Source: Hemiscyllium ocellatum
Lineage: Eukaryota
Direction of reading: 5' to 3'
DNA length: 64,000 nucleotides
Assembly: GCF_020745735.1 (NCBI RefSeq)
Contig: NC_083448.1
Span: 11,406,006 to 11,470,005 of the forward strand
A model generated the notes under the pieces. It was not told the origin of the DNA. It worked only from the letters and a program-made list of their open reading frames with translations, and did no database searches. Positions 26,560-40,262 of this stretch are shown here, piece after piece. Every line of letters starts with the position of its first letter. The first letter of the stretch is position 1. The translations under genes and the position numbers were made by a program.

Positions 26560-29340
26560 TCTTCAAGAAATGGTCAGACCGAAAATCATACAACAGAATG
26601 AGGCCATTCAGTCCTTCAAGTTAAGTTCACCATCTGATCATGACTCAGATGTTTCTCAAATTCATTCTCTGGCCTTCTCCCGAAACACTCAATACTCTTA
26701 CTAATCAAGAACCTGCCCATTTATCTTCAATACACTCAATGACCTGGCCTCCATAGCCCTCTGCAGCAGCAAGTTTCACAGATTCACATCCCTCTGGTTG
26801 AAGATATTTCTCCTCATCTCAGTCCTAAAGGATCACCAATTCACTCTGAGGCTATACCCTTGGGTCCGAGTCTCTCCGATGAGTGGAAACATCTTCTCCA
26901 CGCCAACTCTCAATCAAGGTCTCTCAGTGTTACTTAAGTTTCAAACAGTTCCTCCCTCATCCTTCTAGACTCTCCTGAGGACAGTCCCAGTCAACCGCTC
27001 ATCGTATCTTCAGCCCTTCATCTCCAGTGTCGTTCGTCTCCATCTCCTCTGGCATCCCTCCAATGCCAGCACATTCTTCCTTAGATAGAAGGGCCCCAAA
27101 ACTGTGCACAATATTCCAAACACAGTCTGACCACAGCCTCAGTAGTACCTTTCTGTGAGTGCATTCTTGTCCTCTGGAAATGAATGCAAACCTTGCAATT
27201 GCCTTCTTTACTGCCAACTGATCCTGCACGCTAACGTTAAGAGAATTCTGAACTTTCTGAAGCCTTTCCTTGTTTAGAAAATAATTCACATCTCTATTCT
27301 TACCCAAGTGCAAAATCTCACACTTCCCCCACATTCTATTCCATCTTGCATCTCTGTGCCCGCTCTCCTCGCCTATCCAAGCCAGTTTGCAACCTTGCAG
27401 CTTCTTCAACACTCCCTGCCCCTCCATCTATCTTTGTATCATCTGCAAATTTAGCTACAATATTCCTTCATGCAGATCGTTAGTGTACAACATGAACATT
27501 TGTGCTCCCAACCTGGACCCTTACAGAGTTCTACTTTCACCAAATGCCATCTTGGAAAGGCTCCTTTATCCCCATTCTCTGCCTTTGCCAGTCAGCCAGT
27601 GCTCTTTGCTAGTACTGTGCCCTGAACACTATGCACTCTTACCTTATTCAGCAGCCTTCTCTACGCAGTTTGTCAAAGGTCGGCTGGAAATCCAAATAAA
27701 TGACATGCACTGGCTTTCTTCTGGCTCGTCTCACCTGCTCATTCGTGCCTCAAATTTGTCAGACATGACCTCCTCCTGACAAAGTCCTGCTGACACAGCC
27801 CTATTTTACCTGGCACTTCAAAGTACTCCACAATCTCATCCTTAGTATCAGACTTTAAAATCTTACCAATGACAGAAGTCGGGCAATCCCCGTTTTGCCT
27901 CTATCCCTTCTTAAAGCTGGGTATTACATTCATAATTTTGCAGTACATTGTGACCATCCCTGCCTCCGGTAATTCCTGAAAGTTCACCCCAACAGCTCTC
28001 CAATTCTTCAGTTGTCGCCTTCAGAACTCTGACCTGTAGTCCATGTGGTGTGTGTGACTTACCCACCTTCCGATCTTTCACATTCCACAGCACTTTCTCC
28101 CTAATGATGGCCACTACACTCACCTCTGCCTCCGACTCTGACTCTCTGGAAATTCTGCAATGCCGCTGCTTTCTTCCACAGTGAAAACTGATGCTGAGTA
28201 CCTAATCAGTTCCTCCTTCATTTCTTTGTCCCCCATTAGTACTTTTCCAGCCTCATTTTCCAATGGTCCATTACACATTCCTACCTTTCTTTTGGATACT
28301 TAAAAAGAATGCTTGAGATCTGGTCTGATACCACGAGTTAGCTCACTCTCATCTTTCAGCTTCTGCCTCCAACAGCTTTCTTTGTTGTTCTTCACTGATT
28401 TTTCAAAGCTTGCCAATCCTCTGGCTTCCTGCTGATGTTCACCACATTGGAGCTTTCTTTCCTTTGCTTTTATGTTGTCCTTGACTTCCCGTGTGAGCCA
28501 CGTTGCCTCATTTCCACACACCCCCACCCCCCACCCCACCTTCAGCATGTTGTTTTTTTCATTGGGAGAAATTTCTGCTGTGCCTCCTGAATTATCCCCA
28601 GAAATTCCTGCTCTTGCTATTACCACTGCGCCATCTTCCCTGTTTGGCTCACTTTCCAATTGCCCCTGTCCAATTCCTCCCTCATGTCTTTGTAGTTAAG
28701 GCAACTCAACTGATTCCAGCTTTTTCTAAACAAACTGTAGAGTGAGTTCTACAATATTGTGGTCACTGTACCCTCAGGGTTCCTTCACCTTAAGCTCCCC
28801 AGTCAAGCCTGCTTCGTTACACATCACCAAATCCAGAACTATCTGTTCCCTCGTGGGCTTGAACACAGGCTGTTCCAAAATCGAACCCCATAGACACACC
28901 ACAAATTCCTTATCTTGAGATCCATCACCAACCTGACTTTCCCAGTCCACCTGCATATTGAAGTCCCCCATGTTTATTGTAATAATGCCTTTCTATCTGC
29001 CGATTTATTTTCTTCCTCACATCCTGATGACTCTTTGGAGGCCTGTACTCAACTCCCATCAGGGTCTTTTCTCCTTTGCCATTCCTCAACTCTACCCACA
29101 CAGATTCGACAGCTTCCAATGCTATATCACGTCTTGCTGTTAATTTCATTTCATTCCTTACTGACAAGGCAACACTGGCACCTCAACCCATCTGTCTGGC
29201 CTTTCCAGAGGATGTGTATCCTTGGATATTTATTTACCAGTCCTGACTACCCTGCAGCTGTATCCATGTGGTACCTGCCAATTTCAAACTGCACTACAAG
29301 GTTATTTACCTTGTTTCATACACTACGTGCATTTAAGTAG
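26560..29340 (-). mobile_element. Cluster of degenerate CR1-group LINE fragments
   Basis: Minus ORFs with MGDFNMQVDW..REQIVLDLVMCNE, VESVWVELRNGKG and KCEILHLG (endonuclease to RT segments), with many stops. Confidence 0.75.
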
Positions 29341-30434
29341 AGAATCCTCAGTCCTGCGTGGAGTGCCCTCCTTCTCCAAGGTGTCTCCTCACCTATTGTA
29401 CCTGGAATTAGATTTGTGACCCTTTCCATAAAATAAAGTACAGGAAAGTGAAGTCAAGATTTATCAATAGAGCCTGGAATTCAAAACATGGACATTACAT
29501 AAAAATCTACACACCACTCTCAATAGTGTTGTGTCCAGTTCTGGGCAACAAACAGTTAGTAGGTAAAGGCAACACAGAAGATGCAGAAAGTAATTCACAA
29601 AAATTAGTCCAGGGATGAGGAAGACACATGAAATCCTTGGGATGGAGATGATGGGTTAGGTCTCTTTGGAGAAGTGAAAAGTAAAAAGGGTGAAGGTGCT
29701 CAAAACCACAGAGGGGTTGAGACAGAACCGAAAGAGAGAAACTGCTTTGATTTGCAGCAAGATTTTAGAGGATGCTGATTTAAGGTAATGGGCAAAAAGA
29801 GATTAGGCAACAGAAGCCAAATGTCAAAGGATCTGGAATGCACTGCCTGAGCACGTGGTGGAGGCAGATTCAATTAAAGCTTCAAATAAAACAAATCAGC
29901 CAATTATCCAGAGAAAAAAGAATTTCAGGGGAACAAGGCAAACCCAGACAGGTGGGGTTGCTTTGGCAGAGAGCCAGAACAGACATAATTAGCCAAAGAG
30001 CTGCTTTCTGGGCTGCTGTAACCACTTATACAATTCGGTGATTCTCTGCTCACTTTTTAAAATCTGACTATTTACTTGACATTGTTACTTCTCATTGTGC
30101 TTTCTAACATGTATCCACTTGTCTCATTTTAAAACTGTTCACCAACCATTCAAGCTGGGACAGAGTTAAAGCCAAGTCCAAACACTAGACAGGGAGCAGT
30201 CAGACAGTGAATCAAACCCCGTGACAAGTAATATCTGCAATGCAGTACAGAATCTGTCACATTTACTTCGCAGTCAGGTGACATTTCAGTGAAACAAGAA
30301 AAAAGCAAAGAGACTAACCCATTTCAGGTCTCCTGCAAAAGGCTATTGCAACTACCAATACCCTCAGAGCCACCTCAAAGATACGATACTAATTCTTATT
30401 TACATTTTATCTTCGAATAAATGTGCACACATAC

Positions 30435-30748
30435 TTCAATGGGTCAGACTGCTCCTTTTTCACAACTGGGGCTGCAGCAGCGCCCTCGAGTGGTGGATCA
30501 ATCACTTGCTGAAAATCTGCAGGCATCTTTGGATCATCTTTCTGCGCTGGCTTGCTATACTGTTCAGCAGACTCTCTTGCTTCAGCTGCTGGTTGTTCCC
30601 CTGCTGTTGACTCAACCTCCACCTCCTGGCCAGGAAGTGGGACGCATGGTTTGTCCTCTTCCATGTTCTTGCTCTTGAGTTTCTTCTCCAGCTCTTTCAA
30701 CCGTCTCTCATTATCTTGAAGAGAATAATGTTCAAACTTTTTGAAAGC
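30435..30748 (-). CDS. nudcd3: NUDCD3 coding exon 2 (314 nt)
   Basis: Acceptor ttttcaag|GCT, donor TTGAA|gtatgt (phase 0 to 2). AFKKFEHYSLQDNERRLKELEKK matches the NUDCD3 coiled coil (human VFKTFDHMARQDDEKRRQELEEK as recalled), followed by a variable acidic linker. Confidence 0.92.
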
Positions 30749-30979
30749 CTTGAAAACAAGATAATGCACTTGTGAAAATACTGACTGCATCTGTCCCGCT
30801 TGTAAACAAGATTATAACCACCAGACTGCGGGTTAAATAAATCTATTTAAGGACAGGGTGTGGAAATGAGTAAATGTAATTAAAAACAGATCAGTCACAG
30901 TCCCACTAAATGGCAAAGCAGGCGAGAAGAGATCAACATCTGACACCTGTTGCTATACTCAGGAACTAATATGCACCAA

Positions 30980-31345
30980 AGAGGTTTATCAAATCATGAG
31001 AGGTACAGATAAGTTGAATGACAAACGTCTTTTCCCTTGATAGGAGCGTTCAAAACTAGGGGATATAATTTTAAGGTGACAGAACAAAGACTGAGAAGGG
31101 AGCTGAGGGGCAACTTTCTCTCACAGAGAGAGGTTCGCACATGACTTGAAGTGACGGAGGAAGTGGTAGATGCAGGTACAGTTGCAACATTCAAAAGACA
31201 TTTGGACAGGTCAATGAACAAGAAATGTTTAGAAGGAAATGGGCCAAATTCAAGCAAATGGACTAGTTTAGCTTGGGAAACTTGATCTGCATGGATGAGT
31301 TGGAGCGAAGGGTTTGTTTCCATGCTGTATGACTATACGACTCTC
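30980..31345 (+). mobile_element. CR1-type LINE 3' end
   Basis: gaggtttatcaaatcatgagagg (EVYQIMRG) through the tail gtatgactatacgactct. Confidence 0.8.
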
Positions 31346-31854
31346 AACGCTTGAATAACTCTTGGTTGCAGCTTGGCTAAGGAAGTATTTAGCCAGAATA
31401 CTGCCATTTCCTTTGTCGAAGGTATGACCAAGAGTGAGGCAATTCAAGTCTCTATTCAATTAAAACCTAATCCAGAGGGAAAGTAAGAATTTGAAATTCA
31501 GACCCTTCATTATATGCTACTGAACAACTCAGAATCAGCTGAACTTGGTTTTTGTGGAGCACCTTGATCAAAACATCAACAGAATCATACAGACATGACT
31601 AATACAAAATACTGAGGAAACATAAAATCTGTAGTAACATTAGAAAACTGTGGAAATACTCACACAGCGCTGACAACATCTCTGGAGAGGGAAACAGAGA
31701 GGGAAACACATTTCAAGTGGATGATATTTTACAAGAGTTGTGCTGGTCAGCATGTCTATCAATTCTTTTTAGATTTTCTTATTATAAGATAATGGGACAG
31801 ATGACTGAAGGCGTGGTCAAAAAAGGACACTTTGAGGAGGGTCATGAAAGAGTT

Positions 31855-31891
31855 GAAGTGAAGTGAGTTGAAGTGAAGTGAAGTGAAGTGA
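31855..31891 (+). repeat. (GAAGT)n microsatellite
   Basis: gaagtgaagtgagttgaagtgaagtgaagtgaagtga. Confidence 0.9.
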
Positions 31892-32880
31892 CAGAGATTT
31901 TGGAGGGGTGGGGGCGGTGTCAAAAACTGTTCAGCTCTACTACTGACGAGAGCGATTAAAATCTAGAAGTGCAAAAAGGCCACAACTGGGAGCAGTACAA
32001 AGTTCTTCAAGGATTTCGGGGTGGAAGAAGAAACAGAGATGGGTAATTTGAAAATAAGCATGGATATTTTGAAATTGAGATGCTCCCAGACCAGGGATTT
32101 GTGGAGTCACACATTGGTGCAACAGAGGCTTGAGAGTGTCTCTGTGTCTTATACTGCCTTTTGACTGGGCCAAACTGGGATGGAGGATCCAAATTTATGG
32201 TTACAAAAACTGCTGATTCTTCTTGGAATCTTCCGTTCAGGAGTCGAACAGGAAGTTAAGAGTGTGAATTGGAGCACAGTACTGTTAGGGAAAATGGAAA
32301 CAAGAATGTAAGATCAAAAATAGCGATATTGCCACAGAGAAAGTAAAATTGTCATCCAGTATTTATACAAAAACATAAAATTCAGACTTCTGGTGATTTC
32401 AAAATGAAACAATATAAATTAAAGTGCTTTTTTTCTTCTGAAGGATCATTTTTTTTGACAAGCAAGTCCCATCAAATTGAGCACATTTACACTATTAAGG
32501 CAACAAAAGTGGCTTTTGATTCACAGGAAAATTTTCCAACAGCAAATTATCGATTGCTTAAAATTAACAGTGGAACCATCGACGACGATGGATTCATTCT
32601 ATTTCTGTAACATTCAAGGAAAAAAGCTGATCAGATTGCACAATTCACTTTATTGTGTATATGACAGGATACCTTAGTCAAGAATCACAAGCTCAGTCCA
32701 ACTGTACAACGCTCTCAATCCAAAAGGCAGGGAATGGAGGGTCAGAGAGCTTCAAGTTTCCATCTTTGTTGCATCAGGAACTCTTTAAATACCAGACTTT
32801 TTTCCCCAACAGTTCAATAGAAACCAAATGCCCTCCCTCTACAAAAGACTACAGAAACCTGACGTTGCAACAGCAGTAAG

Positions 32881-34680
32881 TCAGAGAGACATACAGCACG
32901 GAAGCAGAGCCTTCAGTCCAACTGGTCCATGCTGACCACACATCCTGAATTTATCTTGTCCCACCTACCAGCACTTGGCCCATATTCCCCTGAAACCTTT
33001 CCTAATTCTATGCCCATTCAGGTGCCTTTTAAGTGTTGTAATTGTACCAGCATCCATCACTTCCTCTGCAGCTTATTCCATCCACACACCAGCCTCTGTG
33101 CGAACAAGTTGCCCCTTGAGTCCCTTTTAAATATTTTCCCTCTCATCTCAAACCTATGCCCTCTAGTTTTGAACTTCCCTCTCCTTGGGGAAAAGACCTT
33201 GGCCATTCACCCTATCCACCGCCCTCATGACTTGCTCAACCTCTGTAAGATCACCCCTCAGCCCCCAACATTCCAGGGAAAATAACTCCAGCCTGTTAAA
33301 AATCTTTTCGGAACCTTTTCATGTTTCACATCCTTCCGACAGCAGGGAGAGCAGATATGAATACAGTGTTCCAAAAGTGGCCTTACCAATGCCCAAGACA
33401 GCCGCAGCATGACCTCCCAACTCGTATACTCAATGCTCTGACCTGAAGAGGCAAATTTACCAAACACCTTCTTCACAATCCTATCTACCTGAGACTTTAC
33501 TTTCAAGGAGCTATGAACCTGCACTCCAAGGTCTCTTTGTTCAGCAACACTCCCCAGGATCATACCATTAAGTGTTTAAGTCCTGTTCTGATTTGCCTTT
33601 CCAAAATGCAGCACCTCACATTAATCTGAATTAAACTCCACCTGCCATTCCTCGGCCCATCTGACCAAGATTCTATTGAAATCTGAGGTGGAGTTCTTCG
33701 CTAACCACCACACCTCCAATTTTGGTGTCACCTACAAACATACTAACCATATGCTCATATCCAAGTAATTTACATCAATGAGAAAAAGCAACAAACCCAG
33801 CACCAATCCTTGTGGCACACCACTGGTCACAGGCCTCCAATGTGAAAAGGAACCCTTAATCATCACTCTGTCATCGACCTTTGAGCCAGTTCTGCATTCA
33901 AATGGTTAGTTCTCCATGTATTCCATATGACCTAACCTTTCTCACGAGTCTACCTTGAGGAACCTTGTTAATGTCTGATTGAAGTCCACACATAGATCAG
34001 ATCCACTGCTCTGCCTTCATCAATGTTCTTCGCTACTTCTTCAAAAACTCAATCAAGTTTGAGAGGCATGACTTCCCATGCACAACGCCATGTTGTCTAT
34101 CCCTAGTCAGTCCTTACCTTTCCAATTCCTCGTCAATCCTGTCCCTCAGGATTTCCTCCAACAACTTACCCATCACCAATGTCAGGCTCACTGGTCTATC
34201 GTTCCCTGGCTTTTCCTTACCATCTTTCTTAAAGAGTGACATTACATGAGCCAACTTGCAGTCTTCCAGCCCTTCATCCGTGGCTATTGATGATACAAAT
34301 ATCTCAGCAAAAGGCACAGCAATCATTTTCCCAGCTTCCCACAGAGTTCCACGTTACACCTGATCAGCTCCCAGGAATTTATCCACCTTGATGCGTTTTA
34401 AGACATCGAGCACCACCTCCTCCTCTGTAATGTGGGCATTTTTCAAGATGCTACTATTTATTTCCCCAAGTTCTCCATCAACACAGTAAACACTGATACA
34501 AAATACTCATTTAATATCTCCCCCATCTCCTGGTTCCACAAATAGACAGTCTTGCTGAATTTTAAAGTGTCCCATTTTCTCTCTTATTACTCTTTTGTCC
34601 TTAATGTATTTGCACAATCCTTCTGAATTCACAGACACACTATTTGCCCTCCTGACTTCACTCTTAAGTTTACTGCTACT
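32881..34680 (-). mobile_element. CR1-type LINE, about 1.8 kb with internal deletions
   Basis: DCKLAHVMSLFKKDGKEKPGNDRPVSLTLVMGKLLEEILRDRI and QRDLGVQVHSSLKV..; tail gtatgtctctctgact. Confidence 0.85.
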
Positions 34681-35340
34681 GCCTTTATACTCTCATTGAG
34701 CCCCTTGAGCAGACTCCAGATGAGAGAGGGATGCAGCACCAACGATGTCATTGAGTCATGGAGAAAGAGGTGAGTCAGGAGGGCCTAAGAAAGTCAGGAA
34801 AGTAATTGTTCCAAGTAGCCAACAAAGAGACAGGCATAATTGGGGCTTATGACCATACCTTAGATCTGAACAAGGTGAGAGGAATTTAAGCAGACAGTGC
34901 TCAAAGTGAGGACAAACTCAGTGAGGTGGAGGAGGGTGGTGTTGGATGACAGGGTGGGCTCACCCTTGCTTTCTAGCAAGAAGCTGACAACCCGAAGCCT
35001 ATCTGATGGGGGATGAACATGTAGAGAGATTGTACATCCGATTTGAAGAACAGGCAGCAGCTGTTGCCCGCAAACTAGAAATTCTAAAACTGACCTAAAG
35101 CATCAGAATACAGGTGTAAGTGGGAAGGGACTGGACAAGGAGGGGAAAAAATGAGTCTTAGTAGGAAGGCACACATTCCATGGGGCAGGAGCCAGCATAA
35201 ACAATGGTGTGCCTGGTGTTCAGAAGTTGAAAGAGTGTATGGTAACTTTAAGACAGAGATGCCTTTTCTGAGCTGAGAGATTGTGACAATACATATGTCT
35301 GTGACTAACTGGTAAGCGCAGAGAGTGCAGAGAACTGAGA

Positions 35341-35820
35341 TGTAACAATCAGCTTGGGGTTACCTTTTGATATTAAGGCAACCGGATTTGAATTTAAGTT
35401 ATGCCCAAAACCCATGTGAATTTGAAGTTTGAATGTATTGACCACACCAGACCAATGGAAAGGGATATAAAAAGACATTTTGAAAATTAGTCAGAGCTAA
35501 CTGCCCATCAAACATGACAGCACATCATCTGAAAGTGCTCTCAAACAAATCTCTCAGAAAGCACCATCTATTTAAGGAGTACCAAGACAATTTATAGCTA
35601 AAAATATTCACAGGAAAAACAATTATAGAAGATGGTCCTGGGAGAAGACAGCAGAATTGGAAGGAAGGAAGGAAGGAAGGAAGGAAACAGCTGAGTCGGA
35701 AAACCAGACGGAAGACAGCATAGACAGGACGGACTTTGAGAGATTAAGGTAATTTAATGTCTAATAATTATGCTATTGGAGCAGCATTTTAACACAAATC
35801 GTGTCAGATAATGCTCAGTT
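35341..35820 (+). mobile_element. Possible LTR (U3/R) fragment directly 5' of Penelope copy 1
   Basis: Starts TGTAAC; CCAAT at about 35452 and GATATAAAAAG at about 35464; internal (GGAA)7. No matching second LTR or CA end seen. Confidence 0.35.
35659..35686 (+). repeat. (GGAA)7 microsatellite
   Basis: Seven perfect GGAA units. Confidence 0.95.
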
Positions 35821-35847
35821 CAGAAGAAGGGAGCTCGTTTTGTTAAC

Positions 35848-38133
35848 AGGCTACCCGCCCTCGACCTCTTTATAGCCAACTGCCGCCGTGACATCAACCG
35901 ACTCAACCTGTCCACCCCTCTCACCCACTCCAACCTCTCACCCTCAGAACGTGCAGCCCTCCACTCCCTCCGCTCCAATCCCAACCTCACCATCAAACCG
36001 GCAGACAAGGGAGGCGCGGTGGTAGTTTGGCGCACCGACCTGTATACCGCTGAAGCCAAACGCCAGCTCGCGGACGCCTCCTCTTATCGCCCCCTTGACC
36101 ACGACCCCACCTCCCACCACCAAACCATCATCTCCCAGACCATCCAGGACCTCATCACCTCAGGGGATCTCCCATCCACCGCCTCCAACCTCATAGTCCC
36201 ACAACCCCGCACCGCCCGTTTCTACCTCCTGCCCAAAATCCACAAACCTGCCTGCCCCGGCCGACCCATTGTCTCAGCCTGCTCCTGCCCCACCGAACTC
36301 ATCTCCGCATACCTCAACACGGTTCTGTCCCCTTTAGTCCAAGAACTCCCCACCTACGTTCGGGACACCACCCACGCCCTCCACCTCCTCCAGGATTTTC
36401 GCTTCCCCGGTCCCCAACGCCTTATTTTCACCATGGACATCCAGTCCCTGTACACCTCCATCCCCCATCACGAAGGACTCAAAGCCCTCCGCTTCTTCCT
36501 TTCCCGCCGCACCAACCAGTACCCTTCCACTGACACCCTCCTTCGACTGACTGAACTGGTCCTCACCCTGAACAACTTCTCTTTTCAATCCTCCCATTTC
36601 CTCCAAACTAAAGGAGTTGCCATGGGCACCCGCATGGGCCCCAGCTATGCCTGCCTCTTCGTAGGATATGTGGAACAGTCCATCTTCCGCAACTACACTG
36701 GCACCACCCCCCACCTTTTCCTCCGCTACATCGATGACTGTATCGGCGCTGCCTCGTGCTCCCACGAGGAGGTTGAACAGTTCATCAACTTTACTAACAC
36801 CTTCCATCCCGACCTGAAATTCACCTGGACCGTCTCAGACTCCTCCCTCCCCTTCCTAGGCCTTTCCATTTCTATCTCAGGCGACCGACTCAACACAGAC
36901 ATCTATTATAAACCGACTGACTCCCACAGCTACCTGGACTACACCTCCTCCCACCCTGCCCCCTGTAAAAACGCCATCCCATATTCCCAATTCCTTCGTC
37001 TCCGCCGCATCTGCTCCCAGGAGGACCAATTCCAACACCGCACAGCCCAGATGGCCTCCTTCTTCAAGGACCGCAGATTCCCCCAGACGTGATCGACGAT
37101 GCCCTCCACCGCATCTCCTCCACTTCCTGCTCCTCCGCCCTTGAGCCCCGCTCCTCCAACCGCCACCAAGACAGAACCCCACTGGTTCTCACCTACCACC
37201 ACACCAACCTGCGCATACAACGTATCATCCGCCGCCATTTCCGCCACCTCCAAACGGACCCCACCACCAAGGATATATTTCCCTCCCCTCCCCTATCAGC
37301 GTTCCGCAAGGACCACTCCCTTCGTGACTCCCTTGTCAGATCCACACCCCCCACCAACCCAACCTCCACCCCCGGCACCTTCCCCTGCAACCGCAGGAAA
37401 TGTAAAACTTGCGCCCACACCTCCACACTCACTTCCCTCCAAGGCCCCAAGGGATCCTTCCATATCCGCCACAAGTTCACCTGTACCTCCACACACATCA
37501 TCTATTGCATCCGCTGCACCCGATGTGGCCTCCTCTATATTGGTGAGACAGGCCGCTTACTTGCGGAACGCTTCAGAGAACACCTCCGGGCCGCCCGAAC
37601 CAACCAACCCAATCACCCCGTGGCTCAACACTTTAACTCCCCCTCCCACTCCACCGAGGACATGCAGGTCCTTGGACTCCTCCACCGGCAGAACACAACT
37701 ACACGACGGCTGGAGGAGGAGCGCCTCATCTTCCGCCTGGGAACCCTCCAACCACAAGGTATGAATTCAGATTTCTCCAGTTTTCTCATTTCCCCTCCCC
37801 CCACCTTGTCTCAGTCGGTTCCCTCAACTCAGCACCGCCCTCCTAACCTGCAATCCTCTTCCTGACCTCTCCGCCCCCACCCCACTCCGGCCTATCACCC
37901 TCACCTTGACCTCCTTCCACCTATCCCACCTCCATCGCCCCTCCCCCTAGTCCCTCCTCCCTACCTTTTATCTTAGCCTGCTTGGCTCTCTCTCTCTCTT
38001 ATTCCTGATGAAGGGCTTATGCTCGAAACGTCGAATTCTCTATTCCTGAGATGCTGCCTGGCCTGCTGTGCTTTGACCAGCAACACATTTGCAGCTGTGA
38101 TCTCCAGCATCTGCAGACCTCATTTTTTACTTT
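35848..38133 (+). mobile_element. Penelope-like element (Neptune-type), copy 1: 5'-truncated RT + GIY-YIG with one frameshift
   Basis: ORF 36019-37092 has RT motifs (KIHK..PGRPIVS, FTMDIQSLYT, GVAMGTRMGPSYA, RYIDDC). ORF 37089-37865 has CNRRKCKTC and IYCIRCTRCGLLYIGET (GIY-YIG). A 1-nt loss in a C-run near 37081 splits them. The 3' tail carries a hammerhead motif. Confidence 0.93.
38001..38036 (+). ncRNA. Minimal type-I hammerhead ribozyme motif in the tail of Penelope copy 1
   Basis: attc-CTGATGA-a-gggc ttat gctc-GAAA-cgTC-gaat: stem I attc/gaat, stem II 4 bp with one G-U, GUC cleavage triplet (site after 38032), palindromic ACGU in stem III. Activity not shown. Confidence 0.75.
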
Positions 38134-38814
38134 CTATCACTCACTCAATTTTTAGCAGATTATGAAGAGAAACAAGCTTTTCTGGGGTGTTCATTTTAAT
38201 GAGCAGAGGTGTTCAACCACTGTGTAATAATAGCAGGTAGTGGTGTTTGTGGATTTTGGGAAGAAGGCAGAGATGGGCTGTATGGTATTGGGAGACTGTG
38301 ACCTTTCAGGCTGGAACAACTTACTGCCACAATTAACAAATCATCTCTGCACTCCTGCACCAGCAGCCCTCTCTTGCCAGTCTCATCCGTACCAGCCCAT
38401 CTTCCCTCATGTTAACAATCTCTCCAGTGAGAGTCAATTTAGTCAAAGGATTCACTGCTCTGCAACATCTTCCACACCACGCCTCACTGCTAGCAGTTCC
38501 ATACATATGATGTACATCCATCAAAATAACCCACCAACAGATGCACTGTTGACATTGACCGAAGAATCAAGATGTTGAAAAAATAATTACCATGGTTATA
38601 CGTTTTGTATGCCTGTCACTTTTCAAGAAATAGGCAAAGGTTAAACGGCGCAGTTTGACAAGCACGTGTCGGCACTCACTGGTCACACAACATACACCTG
38701 AAACTGAACAATGTGAAGGACAAACAGAAACGGTTGGAGAAACTCAGCAGGTCTAGCAAGAACTGCACAGAGAGAATTAACATTGAGGGTGACAAGTTCA
38801 TAGATCCTTGAAGG

Positions 38815-39272
38815 TATTGTCGATGTAGACAGGGTAGATACAATAGTGAAGGCGATGTTTGGTACACTTTCCTTTATTAATCAGTGCACCGTGTCCAGGG
38901 GTTGGGATGTTATTTTGTGGCTATACAGGACATTGGTTAGTGCATGGATAAGGCAAATAGTGAAGACGTTTTTCCCAGGGCAGGGGAGTCCAAAACTAAA
39001 AGACACAGGTCTCAAGTAAGAGTGGAAAGATTTAAAAGGGACCTTTGCATTTTCAAGCAAAGAGAAATGACCTGGAATAACCTGCCAGAGGGAGAGCTGG
39101 ACGCTGGTACAATGACAACATTTGAAAGACACTTCGATGGATAGGGTACATGAATAGGAAGGGCTTCTATGGATATGGGCCAAGTGCTGGCAAAAGAGAC
39201 TAGATTAATTTATCTGGTCGACATGGATGAGTTGAAGTGAAGGGTCTGCTTCTGTGCTGTACATTTTTATGA
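38815..39272 (+). mobile_element. CR1-type LINE 3' end with internal deletion
   Basis: Same family as 58895-59530; the segment between acattggttag and tgcatggataagg is missing. Confidence 0.75.
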
Positions 39273-39624
39273 CTCCACCAATTACACTAGTCCCACTTTC
39301 CTGCACCCATCTCATAGTCTTGACTGTTATCACACTTCAAGTGTTTGTCTGATTAGTTTTTAGGGATTGTGAGGTTACTCTGCTCTCCTCCCCTTCCAGG
39401 CTGTGTACTCCAGATCTCCACCACCCACTCTCAACCTTCTTCAGGACAGGGCCCCCTTGCTCTTGACCCTTGGGCTGAGGGAAACAGCTGCTTTTCTTAG
39501 AAAAAGAAATCCACCCAGTCCATGCCCATCATCATTGGAGCAGGAGGGACTTGAATCCAGATCTCTTTACCCAGAGGCGGGGTCACTACCAACACAAGCC
39601 ATGAAAAGCCCAGTTTGAGTGGGT

Positions 39625-40262
39625 GCGGGGGGTGGGGGGGGGGGGGGGGAGGGGATGGGTGTGGGGATGGGAGTACGGGGGTGTCGGAGAGGCCAGGGGA
39701 GAGGCAGGGGCTGGGGGAGGGAGGGGGAGGGGAGAGTGGGAGGGGGCAAAGGGGCTGGGGGGAGGGGGAGGAGCTGGGGGGAGGGGGAGGAGCTAGGGGG
39801 AGGGGAGGGGAGGGGAGGGGGCGGAGTTGGGGGAGGGGGAGGGGGAGGGGAGGAGCTGGGGGAGGGGGAGGGGGAGGAGCTGGGGGAGGGGGAGGAGCTG
39901 GGGGAGGGGGAGGGGGCAGAGCTGGGGGGGAGGGGGCAGAGCTGGGGGGGAGGGGGCAGAGCTGGGGGGGAGGGGGCAGAGCTGGGGGGGAGGGGGAGGG
40001 GGGGAGGCGGAGCTGGGGAGGGGGCGGAGCTGGGTGAGGCGATGGGGGCGGAGCTGGGTGAGGCGATGGGGGCGGAGCTGGGGGGAGGGGGCGGAGCTGG
40101 GGGCGGAGCTGGGGGGGAGGGGGCGGAGCTGGGTGAGGCGATGGGGGCGGAGCTGGGTGAGGCGATGGGGGCGGAGCTGGGGGGGAGGGGGCGGAGCTGG
40201 GGGGAGGGGGCGGAGCTGGGGGCGGAGCTGGGGGGGAGGGGGCGGAGCTGGGTGAGGCGATG
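39625..40262 (+). repeat. G-rich compound tandem repeat (GAGCTGGGGG-based units of about 20 and 24 nt) in nudcd3 intron 1
   Basis: Units such as GAGCTGGGGGGGAGGGGGCA and GGCGGAGCTGGGTGAGGCGATGGG, with continuous G-runs. It explains the overlapping Gly-rich and Pro-rich ORFs. Confidence 0.95.
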
